DNA of 62,689 nt, counting the filler, from Diploschistes diacapsis (taxonomy: Eukaryota): the NCBI GenBank assembly GCA_023645945.1. It is 14 parts of 14 records of this genome, joined end to end, with 100 filler letters (N's around TTAATTAATTAA, not from the genome) between each part and the next. Parts side by side here need not be neighbours in the genome. Positions count along the whole stretch, not along the records: positions 1 to 21,710 come from JALAIB010000298.1; positions 21,811 to 23,315 come from JALAIB010002981.1; positions 23,416 to 24,919 come from JALAIB010002982.1; positions 25,020 to 26,522 come from JALAIB010002983.1; 10 more parts are not named here. The stretch is one strand, 5' to 3'. The notes beneath the pieces were generated by a model. The model did not search any database, had not been told where the DNA came from, and worked only from the letters and a program-made list of their open reading frames with translations. Position 1 is the stretch's first letter, and the number at the start of each line of letters is the position of its first letter. Below are positions 14,301 to 25,531 of the stretch, one piece after another. The position numbers and the translations under genes were made by a program.

Positions 14301-15665
14301 CTCTTTCGCTTCTCGAAAATCTCGTGCTGTTAAAGACGCTGCGCTTTGATCTAGCCCGGATTCCTTTTTGCCAATTTTGACCCCTTTCATCCAGGTAATA
14401 GGGTCCATGTCCCGACTCACATCTGCACGAAGGTTTGACCGTGTGGTAAGGAATTCACCACCAGCCCATCGTTCAAGTGTAGCTGATCGGGGCTGAAGAG
14501 TCATTCCATTTCCCTCATTCTGAGCCTCAGACTGTGGCAGGATTTCTCGGTATGTCCTGTACGGAGCTTGTTTTCGAGTCAAGTTCAAATCTTTGTGCGC
14601 TTCTCTCCCCTTCTCATAGCCAACCCTTGCTAGGTCATCATTATCGAGCGAGTGCAGACGAAGAATGCGATCGGCTCCCCAAGTAACAAGCTGGAATTCA
14701 CGATCGTCAACCCCATCCTCTATAGAACCACTGTACCTCCAAAGAAACTCTTTAACCTGATCGGTATGGCCATGGAAAGATTTAATAGGCGTAGAAGAGA
14801 CAGCGCCGTCTTCGCCCCTCACACGGCGATTATACAAATACAAGTTGTTGTCACCTCGTTGTGGCATGGCTAGAATTCCAGAGCCAAAGGGAGTATGGCG
14901 AGCCCTCCATACGGGAAACGGAGTACGTATAATGTGCTGTGGACTGTCTGCTTCGTCACGATAGTCCCAAAGCTTGATTGTATGGTCGAGTGAGCACGTA
15001 AGAAGTCCATGCTGGCGCTCTCTGTTCCAATCGAGGCCGTATATTTTTGTGTCATGCGCCTCAATAGAGCGCAACGGATAAGCGCCTTTCCGATCATCCC
15101 AGATCCGCAAAAACTTGTCGTGAGCGGATGCAATGACATGTGCATCCTGCCGGTTCCATTTGACTTGTGTAGCTCCCGCATACCAATCGCAGAATGTAAC
15201 AGCGGGTCTAGCGGGATGTCGAAGGTCCCAGCAGTGTACGAAACTGTCAATAGCACAGGTAGCTAAGACGTCCGGATGATGGGCAGAAAAATTAATGTCC
15301 GTTATAGCGCGACTATGTGCATGTAGGTAGTGCTCCACAGACGCACGGCGATCGCTCATTGCTAGGTTCCATACTAATGCCTTCTGGTTGGAAGTACTCA
15401 CAACCCAATAATCTCGTGAAGGGAATGGCGACCATTGCACGTCCGCGACCTCCCAAGGCGTATGATGAGGCAGGTGGCGAGGCGGTGCCCAGGGGGAATC
15501 AAGATCAATCACATGCAGGCCTTGTCGCGAAGCAAGGACCACGTCGCGTCCGCATGGAGATATTGACATGGAGCCGACGGGCTTGTTGACCTCGAAAGAT
15601 CCGTCTTTGCCGAAGGTTGAACTTCCAAAAACTGAGAGGACGTCGTGCGCCTTCGGATCATCCAT
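11333..15665 (-). CDS. MTC5: SEA/GATOR2 complex subunit Mtc5/Sea3 (WDR59): WD40 repeats, RWD domain, C-terminal Cys/His zinc-finger/RING; 2 exons
   Basis: 905-aa and 511-aa ORFs joined by intron 12951-12903. WD40 motifs (WEVADVQWSP, ATCAIDSFVHCWDLR); RWD-like IDFPEFYP; ADVQMLALMSC; C-terminal CTLC...CLKCGHVMHVAC...CVTGCGCSC. Confidence 0.93.
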
Positions 15666-16322
15666 TTCATGAGATTGGTAATACTCCTACCACATAGAAT
15701 AACTTGCAAGAGCCTTCCAATCACCATACTGATGTGGCTCGAGCATAGTTTTTCCCTAGAATAAGATGCTGCATTCATTGCTTTGTTGCATATAACCCAT
15801 TAATCATCTACGATTCTTTTAACCCTCCTAGGAGGCTTGAGGCCCAGAGGCTGTCTATCTCATTGGAGTGGTCGTCAATTTCAAGGCTTCTCGTACCAGC
15901 GTCTGTTGAAGTCTCAGAGTCCTTTGGAGGAATAAAGCAGCTGCGCATCAGTTAATTGCGGAATGAAGAAGCTTAACATACCTCTGCATATACAGAGGTA
16001 GCTGGCCGTTAGGGAGCTAGGAGGATACGTGGAGCGCCACAAACTCCACGTGATACTACCCAATCGGAATGATGCCGTTACCGCGGCTGCGGGAATAGGC
16101 TCTAGTTGTAGATAGGTGATGCAAATGACTTGGAGGACTATCAAGCTGGAACCTAGGCGAATATAAAATCATTCCTGAGCCTTCAGGCTTGACCTCTTCA
16201 CGGCTGCCAAACCAACGCAAAGGCGCTTGTGCCCTTATTGCCCTTCATCCATCGATTGCAACATTCAAGATAGTTAAGCGCCTACAGTAAGCTCTGCGCT
16301 GTACAGCGCAACGAATTGTGAT
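15666..16322. promoter_or_regulatory. Divergent intergenic region shared by MTC5 and UBC13
   Basis: Head-to-head ATGs at 15665 (-) and 16323 (+). Promoter role is inferred from position only. Confidence 0.5.
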
Positions 16323-16925
16323 ATGGCTACACTTCCAAAGAGAATCATTAAGGAGACGGAGCGCTTGATCGCTGAGCCGTAAGAGTGTCATTTACCTTCC
16401 CACAAGCCGAGAGATTAATATGCGACAGTGTGCCCGGTATCAGTGCTGTCCCACACGAAGACAATCTCCGATACTTCGATGTCATGATCCACGGTCCAGC
16501 CTCTTCACCATACGAAGGTATAAAAGAGCCGGCTGAGACTTAAAGCTGTCTCTGACGCCCTATTACAGGTGGCATTTTCAAACTCGAGCTCTTTCTACCA
16601 GAGGACTATCCGATGACACCACCCAAGATACGATTTCTGACGAAGATCTACCACCCCAATATTGACAAGCTCGGAAGAATATGTCTAGACGTTCTTAAGA
16701 GTGCGTGGGCTCTTGAAAGATACACTGGTCTGCCGCTGACCGTTTCAAGGTAACTGGTCACCCGCCTTACAGATCCGTACCATCCTACTTTCGATCCAAG
16801 CGCTACTCGGCGCACCAAATCCAGACGACCCCTTAGCAAACGACGTGGCCCAAAGATGGAAGGAAGATGAACCTGCGGCCATTCAAACGGCCAGAGAGTG
16901 GACTATGAACTATGCCGAAAGCTAG
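16323..16925 (+). CDS. UBC13: Ubiquitin-conjugating enzyme E2 Ubc13, 4 exons (absent from the ORF track)
   Basis: Spliced protein [37 protein letters not shown]...[74 protein letters not shown] motif and catalytic Cys present. Confidence 0.97.
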
Positions 16926-17622
16926 TGGGGGGGGCATACTTATGGAGACACAATTTTGTGATGGCTCTTCGTTGGAACTGGATTCCAACGTGAAGACATC
17001 ACATGCCATACGGGACAGAGACGCCATGCAAGCCACTTTATCAGGCTACTATTAAGATCATGAAGAGATCCCATTGAGGTGGAGGATCGGTTACCAGATC
17101 TAGCGTAGCTCAGTTGAATTCACAGTACCCGTTGCTTGCTATTGAACATTTTCGCTCTCTGCCTTCAACCTATATCTAGCATTACCCACGTCTGTCAAAG
17201 TGTTGCAGTATTGATGCTTCTACCATCTCCGAAGCCCTCTGCTCTATGGTTCTAGTGTGATATAAGGACGGCGCAGAAGGTACGCTTTCACATTATCCCA
17301 CATTCAAATTTCGGTTTTTCATCATTCATAAACACGGTGCCATTGCCCATACTTTCCCAGTCCGATCTATCCATTCCAATTTATCACCACCTGAACCTAG
17401 ATCTATTAAGGGCAGGAGGATGTAATACTCAAGCTTGCCACTTTTTTCTTGCTGCCCCTTGAGTCTTGGCGTCATCTGAAATGTGTAACTTTCATCCACG
17501 ATGCATTTGTAGATGAAGTGGAGGGTTGCATAGAAACCGTCTAGAACGAACGCTTTAAGAGCCTTGATGCTTTCAGGGACTAGGCTAATATACCGAAGTA
17601 CGAAGAACCATATGTGATATTG

Positions 17623-17722
17623 CAAAGCGCCAGTTTAGTACCGCTAGGCCACATAGCCAAAAGACCAACAATACTGGTTTATACCAGGTTGGAACTAAAC
17701 TGATATATATAGCGAAACCACA
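17623..17722. other. Dispersed ~100-nt element, copy 1 (candidate structured ncRNA or small repeat)
   Basis: About 85% identical by manual alignment to 52905-53007. Outer inverted repeat CAGTTTAGT/ACTAAACTG encloses hairpins. Confidence 0.7.
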
Positions 17723-17831
17723 TCCTCCTCACTTAAACTGTTTCGTCCCTGAAACGTTTATAGCTGGCAGGCAAGATGTACTATATATATAGATCCCAAA
17801 GGTTACCCTATTTGGTCCAAGGACTACACTA

Positions 17832-18639
17832 ATGGTATACCTTGATGGGTGTAAGGGCTTACCGAGCATCGAACCAGATCCCTGCCTACTCCCACTCACA
17901 AACCAGTATGGGGTAGGGACTGCAGAGGATGCTGTTGTCGTTCAGAGCATAGATTTTAAGAAAAAGCTAGAGGCTGTTTCCCATGCATATCCGAGTTAGT
18001 TAGGTCCTTAAACTGGAGCTTTCGCATCTGACAGTACCTATTAGAGTGGGACTTTGAGGAGATTCGAACCGTTATCGCCTCGAAAGGGTGTCTATCAGAT
18101 GGTTTTAATACCGAATGGAAACGCTTGCCAGCACGCACGGTTGCGGGCCAGAAGAACGCAGCCAAGGTCGACGTCGTCCACATTAACGCTATCGTGATCT
18201 ACTGCGCCGGGGAGGTTAATGTCGAGGCGTGCAAGTCCTGCCTCACGGGCTATGGACAATTCAGAGAGTATGTTTCTTATAGGCTCGATTCGGGCCTATT
18301 CGCTTCAAAGAATACTTGCGCCAATCGTTCTTGGAAGGCGCAAAATCGGTCGTGTAGTTGGCGTAAGTCTTTCTTATTCCATAATCGATCAGTACTGATT
18401 AGGTTCTATTAGTCGAACCATTGATGCCAGACATATCCAAGGCCCTTTTCGGTGGTGAAGTTGATACGCCACATTTTACTAAAGGAACGTTGGTCAAAAG
18501 CAAGGGCCAGAGATTGAGATGTGAGGCGAGATGCTCATACTCTAGTAGGAGGATGTGGTTTTGCTACGGATCTAAGCTATTAAACCTGAAAGGCTTAGCA
18601 GTAGACATTTTATTTGTAAACTTTAGCTACACAATTTGA
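17832..18639 (+). CDS. DUF3716-like Cys-motif protein, 3 exons, possibly degenerating
   Basis: ATG 17832; introns 17995-18044 and 18363-18412 keep the frame open to TGA 18639. Motif NAIVIYCAGEVNVEACKSCLTGYGQFREYVS...CANRSWKAQNRSCSW resembles DUF3716 with two expected Cys replaced. TATA-like tatatatatag near 17782. Confidence 0.55.
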
Positions 18640-18822
18640 ACACACTATGCAGTCGAATCAGACCCACAGCTGACATTTGTCGGTTAACCTTTCCGTTTGG
18701 TAACCCCATCCGTTTCTAGGGTTCAGTCTATCAGCCAGGGATACGACAGGCCACTCAAAAGACATGGATATGTTCGACAGAGCCCTCTGCAGGGGTTGAG
18801 AACGAAACCACCTTTAGAAAGA

Positions 18823-19788
18823 ATGAACACAAGGACAACGGAAATGCCAGCCACCGAGACCATCAAAAGACCTAGAAGCACCAGAGCGACTCAGAAGTCC
18901 CAGGTAATGCCGCGCATTAGGACGACTCTTTCAGATAAATCAATCTCAACATCGTTGGGTGATGCCAAGGCTTTGGAAACATCAAGCCCAGCTGAATTAT
19001 CACCGGCCAAATCTACCCTTTCTAGCATATTCCATGGCAAGAAGAAGAAGAAGAAGTCAGGTGTAGCAGACAAGACAAGTGAACGGATTTTCCGCAAGAT
19101 GTCTAACTCTTTCAAAGAAAGTCGTGGCGGTGATCCTTTTATCGAGAGGCTTGAGAGGCAGGCATCATTCAGCACTACCACTGATAGCAAATCTGACAAC
19201 ATGGATATCAACCCTGAAGACCTGAAAGCAGTTTCGAATGACTTAGGCTGGAGCATTCCGCAGGGCAAGCTTGTGCAAAACCTGAAGGAGAACAAGACTC
19301 ACACCGAAGAGAATGTGAGTGCTACATAACTTAGAAAAATGTCTCTTCGCTCTCGTGCTAATATGTGATGCTAGGAGAAACTCCTCCGCCAACTTTTCGA
19401 TTGCGAGAGATCTAAGCGTACGAGCGAGCCAAAGCATCCATCTCACAACAATCAATTCAATCAACGCAATTTGTGGTGTTACACGTGCTTTGGGTCATGT
19501 TACCTCTGCTCAAGTCATTGCTGCATAATCGACGAAATTCGTAGAGAGTTGAGTAGTATGGAAGGTGGTGGCAAGAAAGCCAAAGACCTTGCTCGCCATG
19601 CCCAGAGGATCTTCAACCTTTGGGCGCATGGCAAGGATGTCCCAACGTTCATTCAGTGCTCCGAGTGCAAAAAATGGGTGTGCCCAAAGTGTATATCCAT
19701 TTGTACCTCATCTATATGCCAGGTAGCCCGGTGCAAGAAGTGCACGCCGGATTTATGGATGAAATGCGACTGGCACAAGGACATGTGA
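18823..19788 (+). CDS. Uncharacterised protein: basic low-complexity N-terminus plus Cys-rich putative Zn-binding C-terminus, at least 2 exons
   Basis: ORF 18697-19329 splices in frame via intron 19315-19374 (gtgagt...gctaat...tag) to WCYTCFGSCYLCSSHCC...CSECKKWVCPKCISICTSSICQVARCKKC...CDWH. Start codon and exact 3' end are uncertain. Confidence 0.7.
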
Positions 19789-20171
19789 GTGGGGACAAGA
19801 GAGCTGGGTTCCCTAAGGGTCAAAGGGGGCAGCAGCTAACAGTGGGAGAGGAGGAGGTGCTGAAGCAGATAGCCTTCGACTGTGTTCGAGGCTCATGATC
19901 TTTATTCGGGAATAATTAACTTCATTAAAATAATATCTATCATGAACCTTATAACAAGGGAGAAGGCAGAGGCTCGATCAGTCATTGTACGATAGATCCC
20001 CCATTCCTTTCAGATGCAGAGACTTCATTGCAGTTCTATAGTAATTCGCCTCTAGCTTGAATACTGTAGGGCTGAGGACTGACCTAAGCGCACACTCCAT
20101 CAAATTAACCCGTCACGACTTCAATAGAAATCAGTCCACCATCTAGGTTACGTTCATTACCTACCGCTATC

Positions 20172-20875
20172 ATGCGTACTTACGACGACACCTTTGGAGG
20201 TACAAAAATCTACCCGGGGAAGGTGAGTTCTTTGTCAGGGGTCACTTTGCTAGTCCTACGAGGAACTGGCAACTCCTTTACTCTATCCCAGAGGTTTACC
20301 GGGAACTTTAAAGACTAACAAGCTAACACCAATCGAATAGGGCAAGCTCTTCGTCCGCGGTGACAGCAAAATCTTCCGCTTTCAAAGCGGCAAATCCGAG
20401 TCCCTCTTCCTCCAGAAAAAGAACCCCCGCCGAATCGCATGGACGGTCTTATTCCGGAGACAACATAGGAAGGGTATCTCAGAGGTCAGTGGACAATTGC
20501 GGAGCCGGGCCATAAATATGACCAGAAAGCGCATAATGAGCATGTCTTCGAAAACTATCAAGACTGATTTATCACTATCAACAGGAAGCTGCCAAGAAGC
20601 GCACACGCCGAACCGTAAAGCAACAGCGTGGCATCGTCGGCGCATCCCTCGACGTGATCAAAGAGAGGCGAAACCAGCGCCCCGAAGCCCGCTCAGCCGC
20701 TCGGCAACAAGCTGTCAAGGACGCCAAGGAGAAGAAGGCCGCAGCTGAGAGCAAGAAGAAGGCGGAGAAAGCCAAAACGGCGGCGAAGGCTGCGTCGGGA
20801 GGCGCGACCGGAAGCAAGGTGTCGAAGATGCAGACCAAGGGCTCGGCCCCGAAGGTGCAGGCGAGGACTAAGTGA
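20172..20875 (+). CDS. RPL24: 60S ribosomal protein L24 (eL24), 3 exons
   Basis: [94 protein letters not shown]; introns 20223-20340 and 20485-20584. Confidence 0.97.
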
Positions 20876-21206
20876 GATGGCTGGAGGCCGGGGTTTCGGG
20901 GATATGGAGCATCTGATATTACGAATGCGAACAACCATTGTAAGATCAAAGTGCAGGGTTATAAATGCATGGCAAAGATATATGGGTGGTACGAGACCTG
21001 TATGGACACTATCCAGCCTTTCTTTGGACGCTGGAGACACAAGGGCCATCCAAGACTTTAGGCGATCGGCAAAGCGGACAGGAGCCCCTTGTACAACTTT
21101 CGAGATCGTCTTAAAAGACCAAAACCCGCTATATGTAACCAGTTCGTCGGGTTTCTGAAAGTCAAATATCGCACTCCAATCGCCAATCACGCCCCAGTAC
21201 GTCTCC

Positions 21207-21710
21207 TCAATAATAATGCGCCATCTCCAATCCCGCTCTCTTATACCCACACTTAACATAGAACCCCTCGTTCGCCTCCGAGCAATCCAATATCGTCTAT
21301 CGCGCCCGTTAGCATTCCATCCTCAACACTCTCCCATTCCCCATCTTTGCAAACCCTCCTCCCCTCAACACTAAAAGGCCCTCCACAAGACTCACCTTAT
21401 AGCACCCCACCCCCCTCGCCACCCAATCAAGCGCCTGTATCATCCTCAACCCCAACTTCTTCCCCTGCTGATCCCTCGCGACCGCAATATCCTCAATATG
21501 CCCCACCAAGCCGAGCCCGTGTATGAATTTCCGCTCCACCACCACGCCCCCCGTCCCCACCACCTTGCCGGAGCCGTCCAGGATCACGACGATGTAGTAT
21601 GTGCCGCGGCACGAGGCCATGTAGTCGAAGCGCTCGAGCCAGGCGGATTCCGAGATGGTGCCGACGGTCGTGAGGACTTGCAGGACGGAGAGCATGGAGG
21701 AGGTGTAGTC
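21207..21710 (-). CDS. GNA1: Glucosamine-6-phosphate N-acetyltransferase (GNAT), 5' end truncated by contig end
   Basis: LQVLTTVG...VERKFIHGLGLVGHIEDIAVARDQQGKKLG...GCYK|TILDCSEANEGFYVKCGYKRAGLEMAHYY*; intron 21395-21297. Confidence 0.95.
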
Positions 21711-21810
21711 NNNNNNNNNNNNNNNNNNNNNNNNNNNNNNNNNNNNNNNNNNNNTTAATTAATTAANNNNNNNNNNNNNNNNNNNNNNNNNNNNNNNNNN
21801 NNNNNNNNNN
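21711..21810. other. Artificial contig spacer, first of 13. Others: 23316-23415, 24920-25019, 26523-26622, 28123-28222, 29722-29821, 31320-31419, 32918-33017, 34515-34614, 36112-36211, 57905-58004, 59500-59599, 61095-61194
   Basis: Identical N44-TTAATTAATTAA-N44 linker with stops in all six frames. Small contigs decrease in length from 1505 to 1495 bp. Confidence 0.99.
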
Positions 21811-22342
21811 TATAATTAAAATAAGATTAAGAATCTATCGATATTTTAAGCTTATTTTATCGTTATAAATGATCGAATTTTTAATCGTAATTAAGAACAT
21901 CGTTTTAGACGGAATAAGATTAATAAATTAAAACCTCGTTATCGAACTAATTATATGAAAAATATATAATATATAAAACATATAAATAACGACGATGCCA
22001 TAAATCTCGACGTTTTAATTAACAAAACCGGTTTTAATTAGAAGAAAAGGATAAAGGGATCCAAGGAAGGACCTTCGGCTAATAAAAAGAAATGCTTCGA
22101 ATGTAATAAGATAGGTTACTTCGCCCAAGATTATAGATCAAAGAATAAGATCGTTAGGGAAGATATCCTAACTGCGACGGATCAACATCTTAACGTAACT
22201 GATAATTATCTTATAGAGGATCCAACAATTGACGGATGTTTTTAGAAGGAAGTTATAGTAGAATCGGATACTATAACCTGGTAGGGCGATACCGACGAAG
22301 CTATTAATGAAGAAATCGAAACCACGTCTTTATCGATAATAA
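21811..22342 (+). mobile_element. RIP-degraded LTR-retrotransposon gag fragment (zinc knuckle)
   Basis: Near 22085-22150 translates KKKCFECNKIGYFAQDYRSK, a CX2CX4HX4C knuckle with H>Y and C>Y transitions. Confidence 0.7.
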
Positions 22343-22344
22343 TA

Positions 22345-23315
22345 ACGTGTTTCACGGCGATTCCGGCCACCCCCAGATTCCAGCCACCTCAAATTACTAC
22401 CGCCAATATTCTACGGTTTTTAAATATGACCTATTCATCGCAATTAGAATCTAATCGATCAAATCGAATCTATCTTCCTCCTCTTTATCCTTCTCGATTT
22501 TAGAAACGCGACGACAATTTTTACGCGTTATAAATCGTTTTAAAATTATTTAACTTAATTTAACCCGAATTATTATTTCAAGAACTTCGTCTATATTAAA
22601 TATAAAACGATTTTCTAATTCGATTCGTTTATTTAATTTACGTTTTTTATGATTATTAAGAAGCGTTTTTTGCTCTCGGTTTTCTTTACGAAGCGTTATG
22701 AATTTAATATACGTCGATTTAAGTATACGGGTTATTCGATTCGAATAACGTCGAATCGGATTAATTAGTTTTAGAACGGCTCGCAACGTCTGATTAAATT
22801 CTTTATTAGTTTTTCGCAGTTCGGTCGTATTTGGTGAAAAGTTATATAATAAGGATAAATCTAAATCGAATTGATTCGAGGTTAAAAAAGGGTTGTAAAA
22901 TGGAGGTGAAAGGGTCCGATAGGTCGAATAGAGTTTATTAAATACGGTTATAGGATTAATAGACTATAATTTAATATTTATAAAATTCATCTGAACGTTT
23001 CGACTCGTAACAGCTCGATTCCGAATTATTAAAAATAATTCGATTTATTCCGAACGTGTCATGCGCGATTTATTTAGTCGAGTAATATGATCCGTCTTTT
23101 ACGCCAACGCGTTTTTCAACGGCGAAAATACTGCGATATCGAATGGTTAAAGAAGATAAGAATTATGCGGTGGTAATATTATTAAATCGATTCGATTAGA
23201 CATATAAAAACGAATAATGTTAGCGGTAATATGACTGTTATAACCGTTTATAATTAATAAACGACGCGTTTCGGGTCTATTCGGTCTAGTTAAAGATTTA
23301 AAGATACGTATAAAT
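22345..23315 (-). mobile_element. Pogo/Fot1-like DNA transposon family 1, 3' half with TIR (RIP-degraded)
   Basis: TA followed by TIR ACGTGTTTCACGGCGATTCCGGCCACCCCCAGATTCCAGCCACC. Minus strand reads RRLLIINGYNSHITANII...LIILPPHNSYLL*PFDIAVFSPLK, the DDE_1 motif DGHxSH...LPPHSSHxLQPLD. Confidence 0.92.
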
Positions 23316-23415
23316 NNNNNNNNNNNNNNNNNNNNNNNNNNNNNNNNNNNNNNNNNNNNTTAATTAATTAANNNNNNNNNNNNNNNNNNNNNNNNNNNNN
23401 NNNNNNNNNNNNNNN

Positions 23416-23683
23416 AAATAAAATATTTTCTGCTTGGTTAAAGCAGATTTTAGAAGATACAAATATCCGCTTTTTGAGTCGTTATTTTTAATTCGCTTAA
23501 AAAACTTAACTGATTACGTAATCAATGTGCACTTTTTATATATGATAGATAATTGATTGAAAAGTAATCTTTTGAAAAATAAAAAAAATAACGCTTAATT
23601 TCGATGAATTATTGAAGATTTAAACTATTTCTTGGCAAAAGTGGCCGGAATCTGGGGGTGGCCGGAATCCCCGTGAAACACGT
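23416..23683. mobile_element. Partial second copy (right arm and TIR) of the fold-back MITE
   Basis: Closely matches about 59170-59434 and ends ...GGAATCCCCGTGAAACACGT followed by TA. Confidence 0.9.
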
Positions 23684-25531
23684 TATGCTTATAATTCTTA
23701 TATTTAATTCTTACGATCTATCATCGGATTTAATATGACGGGCCTTTTTCGATAAATTTAAAAAAGGAAGGATACGGTCTAGTATAATAGGTTCAGCCTT
23801 TTCGAGATAGCGTATTTTTTCTTTAGGATTCAGAAAAGGAACCGGACTAGGATACATTATTAATAATGTTTCTCTATTTAATTCCGCATTTTTCATTATC
23901 TTTTCGTATTTATTTACTTTAAATAACTAATTTATTACTTCGGGGTTATTTTCCGTAAGTTACGCCCATCTGTTATATTTATCTTTTTAGTTTTTTATTT
24001 CTTTTTCTCTTGTCTTAATCAGCTCATCATTAACTTAAATAGCTGTAAGTACGGCGTTATGTTATTTTCGGGTTTTAGGTTTGATTTAACTCTATAACTA
24101 TATACGAACGTAAGAAATAAACGTGATAATTAATATATAAATTATTAAAATCATATTTTAAATTATAACAGATACTTATCCGGAGGTTAAAACCTTCCTT
24201 CTTAAATTATCTAAAAGTTCTAAACGGTCGGAATAGTTTTTCTTCTAGTCGGGCGTTTCGGTACGCGCTTTGCTTTCGCTATTTCTAATATATTTAATTT
24301 TAATAACGTAACCGAAGAAAAGAACCTTTATTACCAGACAAATCAATAAAAAAGAATAAAAGAAGGATCGTAAAAATCGAATCTTAGTATTAATCTAAAA
24401 TCATAATAATTCAACATTAAAGGACTAGATTATAGCCAGCTTTTAAAACACTAAAGCTTAAATCTAAACTATACGAAAAGAATCTTATGCTTACCTTTCA
24501 TTTAAAACGCTTAACGGCTAATAAAAGAAAAATAACAAAACAAATCAACCAAAAAGCGAATATGAAAGTAAAATGAAATCTTAATATAAAAAAATAAATC
24601 TTAATATCAAGATTAAGATTTATAATAAATTATAACATAAACCTGAATATAAATCTAACATACACCTAAACATAATACATTCTTTATTTATTTTATTTTC
24701 TTTAACCATTAAGCCTATCTTTCTTTTCATTTGCTTTTTATTATCTAATTAATCTTTACTTTATCCTTCCTTTTACTAGCCTTGAATTTCTATTCTTTGG
24801 TTTAGAAACCTTTTACGGCAACATAGAACGAGATATACACCTTAAAAATAAAGATAATACTATTATTTCAGATATTAATATCAAGATAAAAGATATCGAC
24901 ATCGTAGATACTATTCTTCNNNNNNNNNNNNNNNNNNNNNNNNNNNNNNNNNNNNNNNNNNNNTTAATTAATTAANNNNNNNNNNNNNNNNNNNNNNNNN
25001 NNNNNNNNNNNNNNNNNNNTTTATTTATATACGCGTTTTTAGGCCTATTGGTGTTATAAAGGTTTTCTCGAGTTATATAATGGTTTAAACCCGTTTTTCA
25101 TACTTTAAATTAAATTAAAAATTACGTAAAAATAAATACATTTTAATCGTAAATTAATTAAACGTCGATTATAAAACGGCGTAATTCCGTTATAAAGAAA
25201 TTTAGGATTTATTAAATATTATTAATAGACCGAATCCCTAGTTATTAAACGGAAAAGATTTATAAGTTTATAAACCCGTTTTACTTTCGGATCAGAACAG
25301 GTCGTATAAATAAATCACCTAAGAAAGAACCCGGGACAAAAAGCTTAAATAGGTATTATATCGGTAATTAATAAATTCCGAAAATAGGCGAAATAGCAGG
25401 CCATAGGCAGAATTTTTAATTAAAACTGGGTTATTTCTTATTAATATCGATCGTTAGCCTTCCGAAGCTTTATCGCAGGATATACGTATGCCAGACGGGG
25501 TAGAAATGTTTTTAAAAAGTTCTTTATTATA

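Noticed and set aside
20485..20584. Intronic box C/D snoRNA in RPL24 intron 2
   Set aside because: Box C match is poor (ATAATGA) and the CTGA coincides with the likely branch point.
21711..21810. Recurrent TTAATTAATTAA flanked by N runs as a biological repeat
   Set aside because: Identical 100-nt linker at every join with stops in all frames; an assembly concatenation artefact. No linkage between contigs can be inferred.
23686..25530. AT-rich coding-like relics (also 31600-32420, 35124-35439, 58263-58619, 62100-62689)
   Set aside because: Clearly RIP-degraded repeats, but I could not recognise diagnostic motifs, so no family is assigned.
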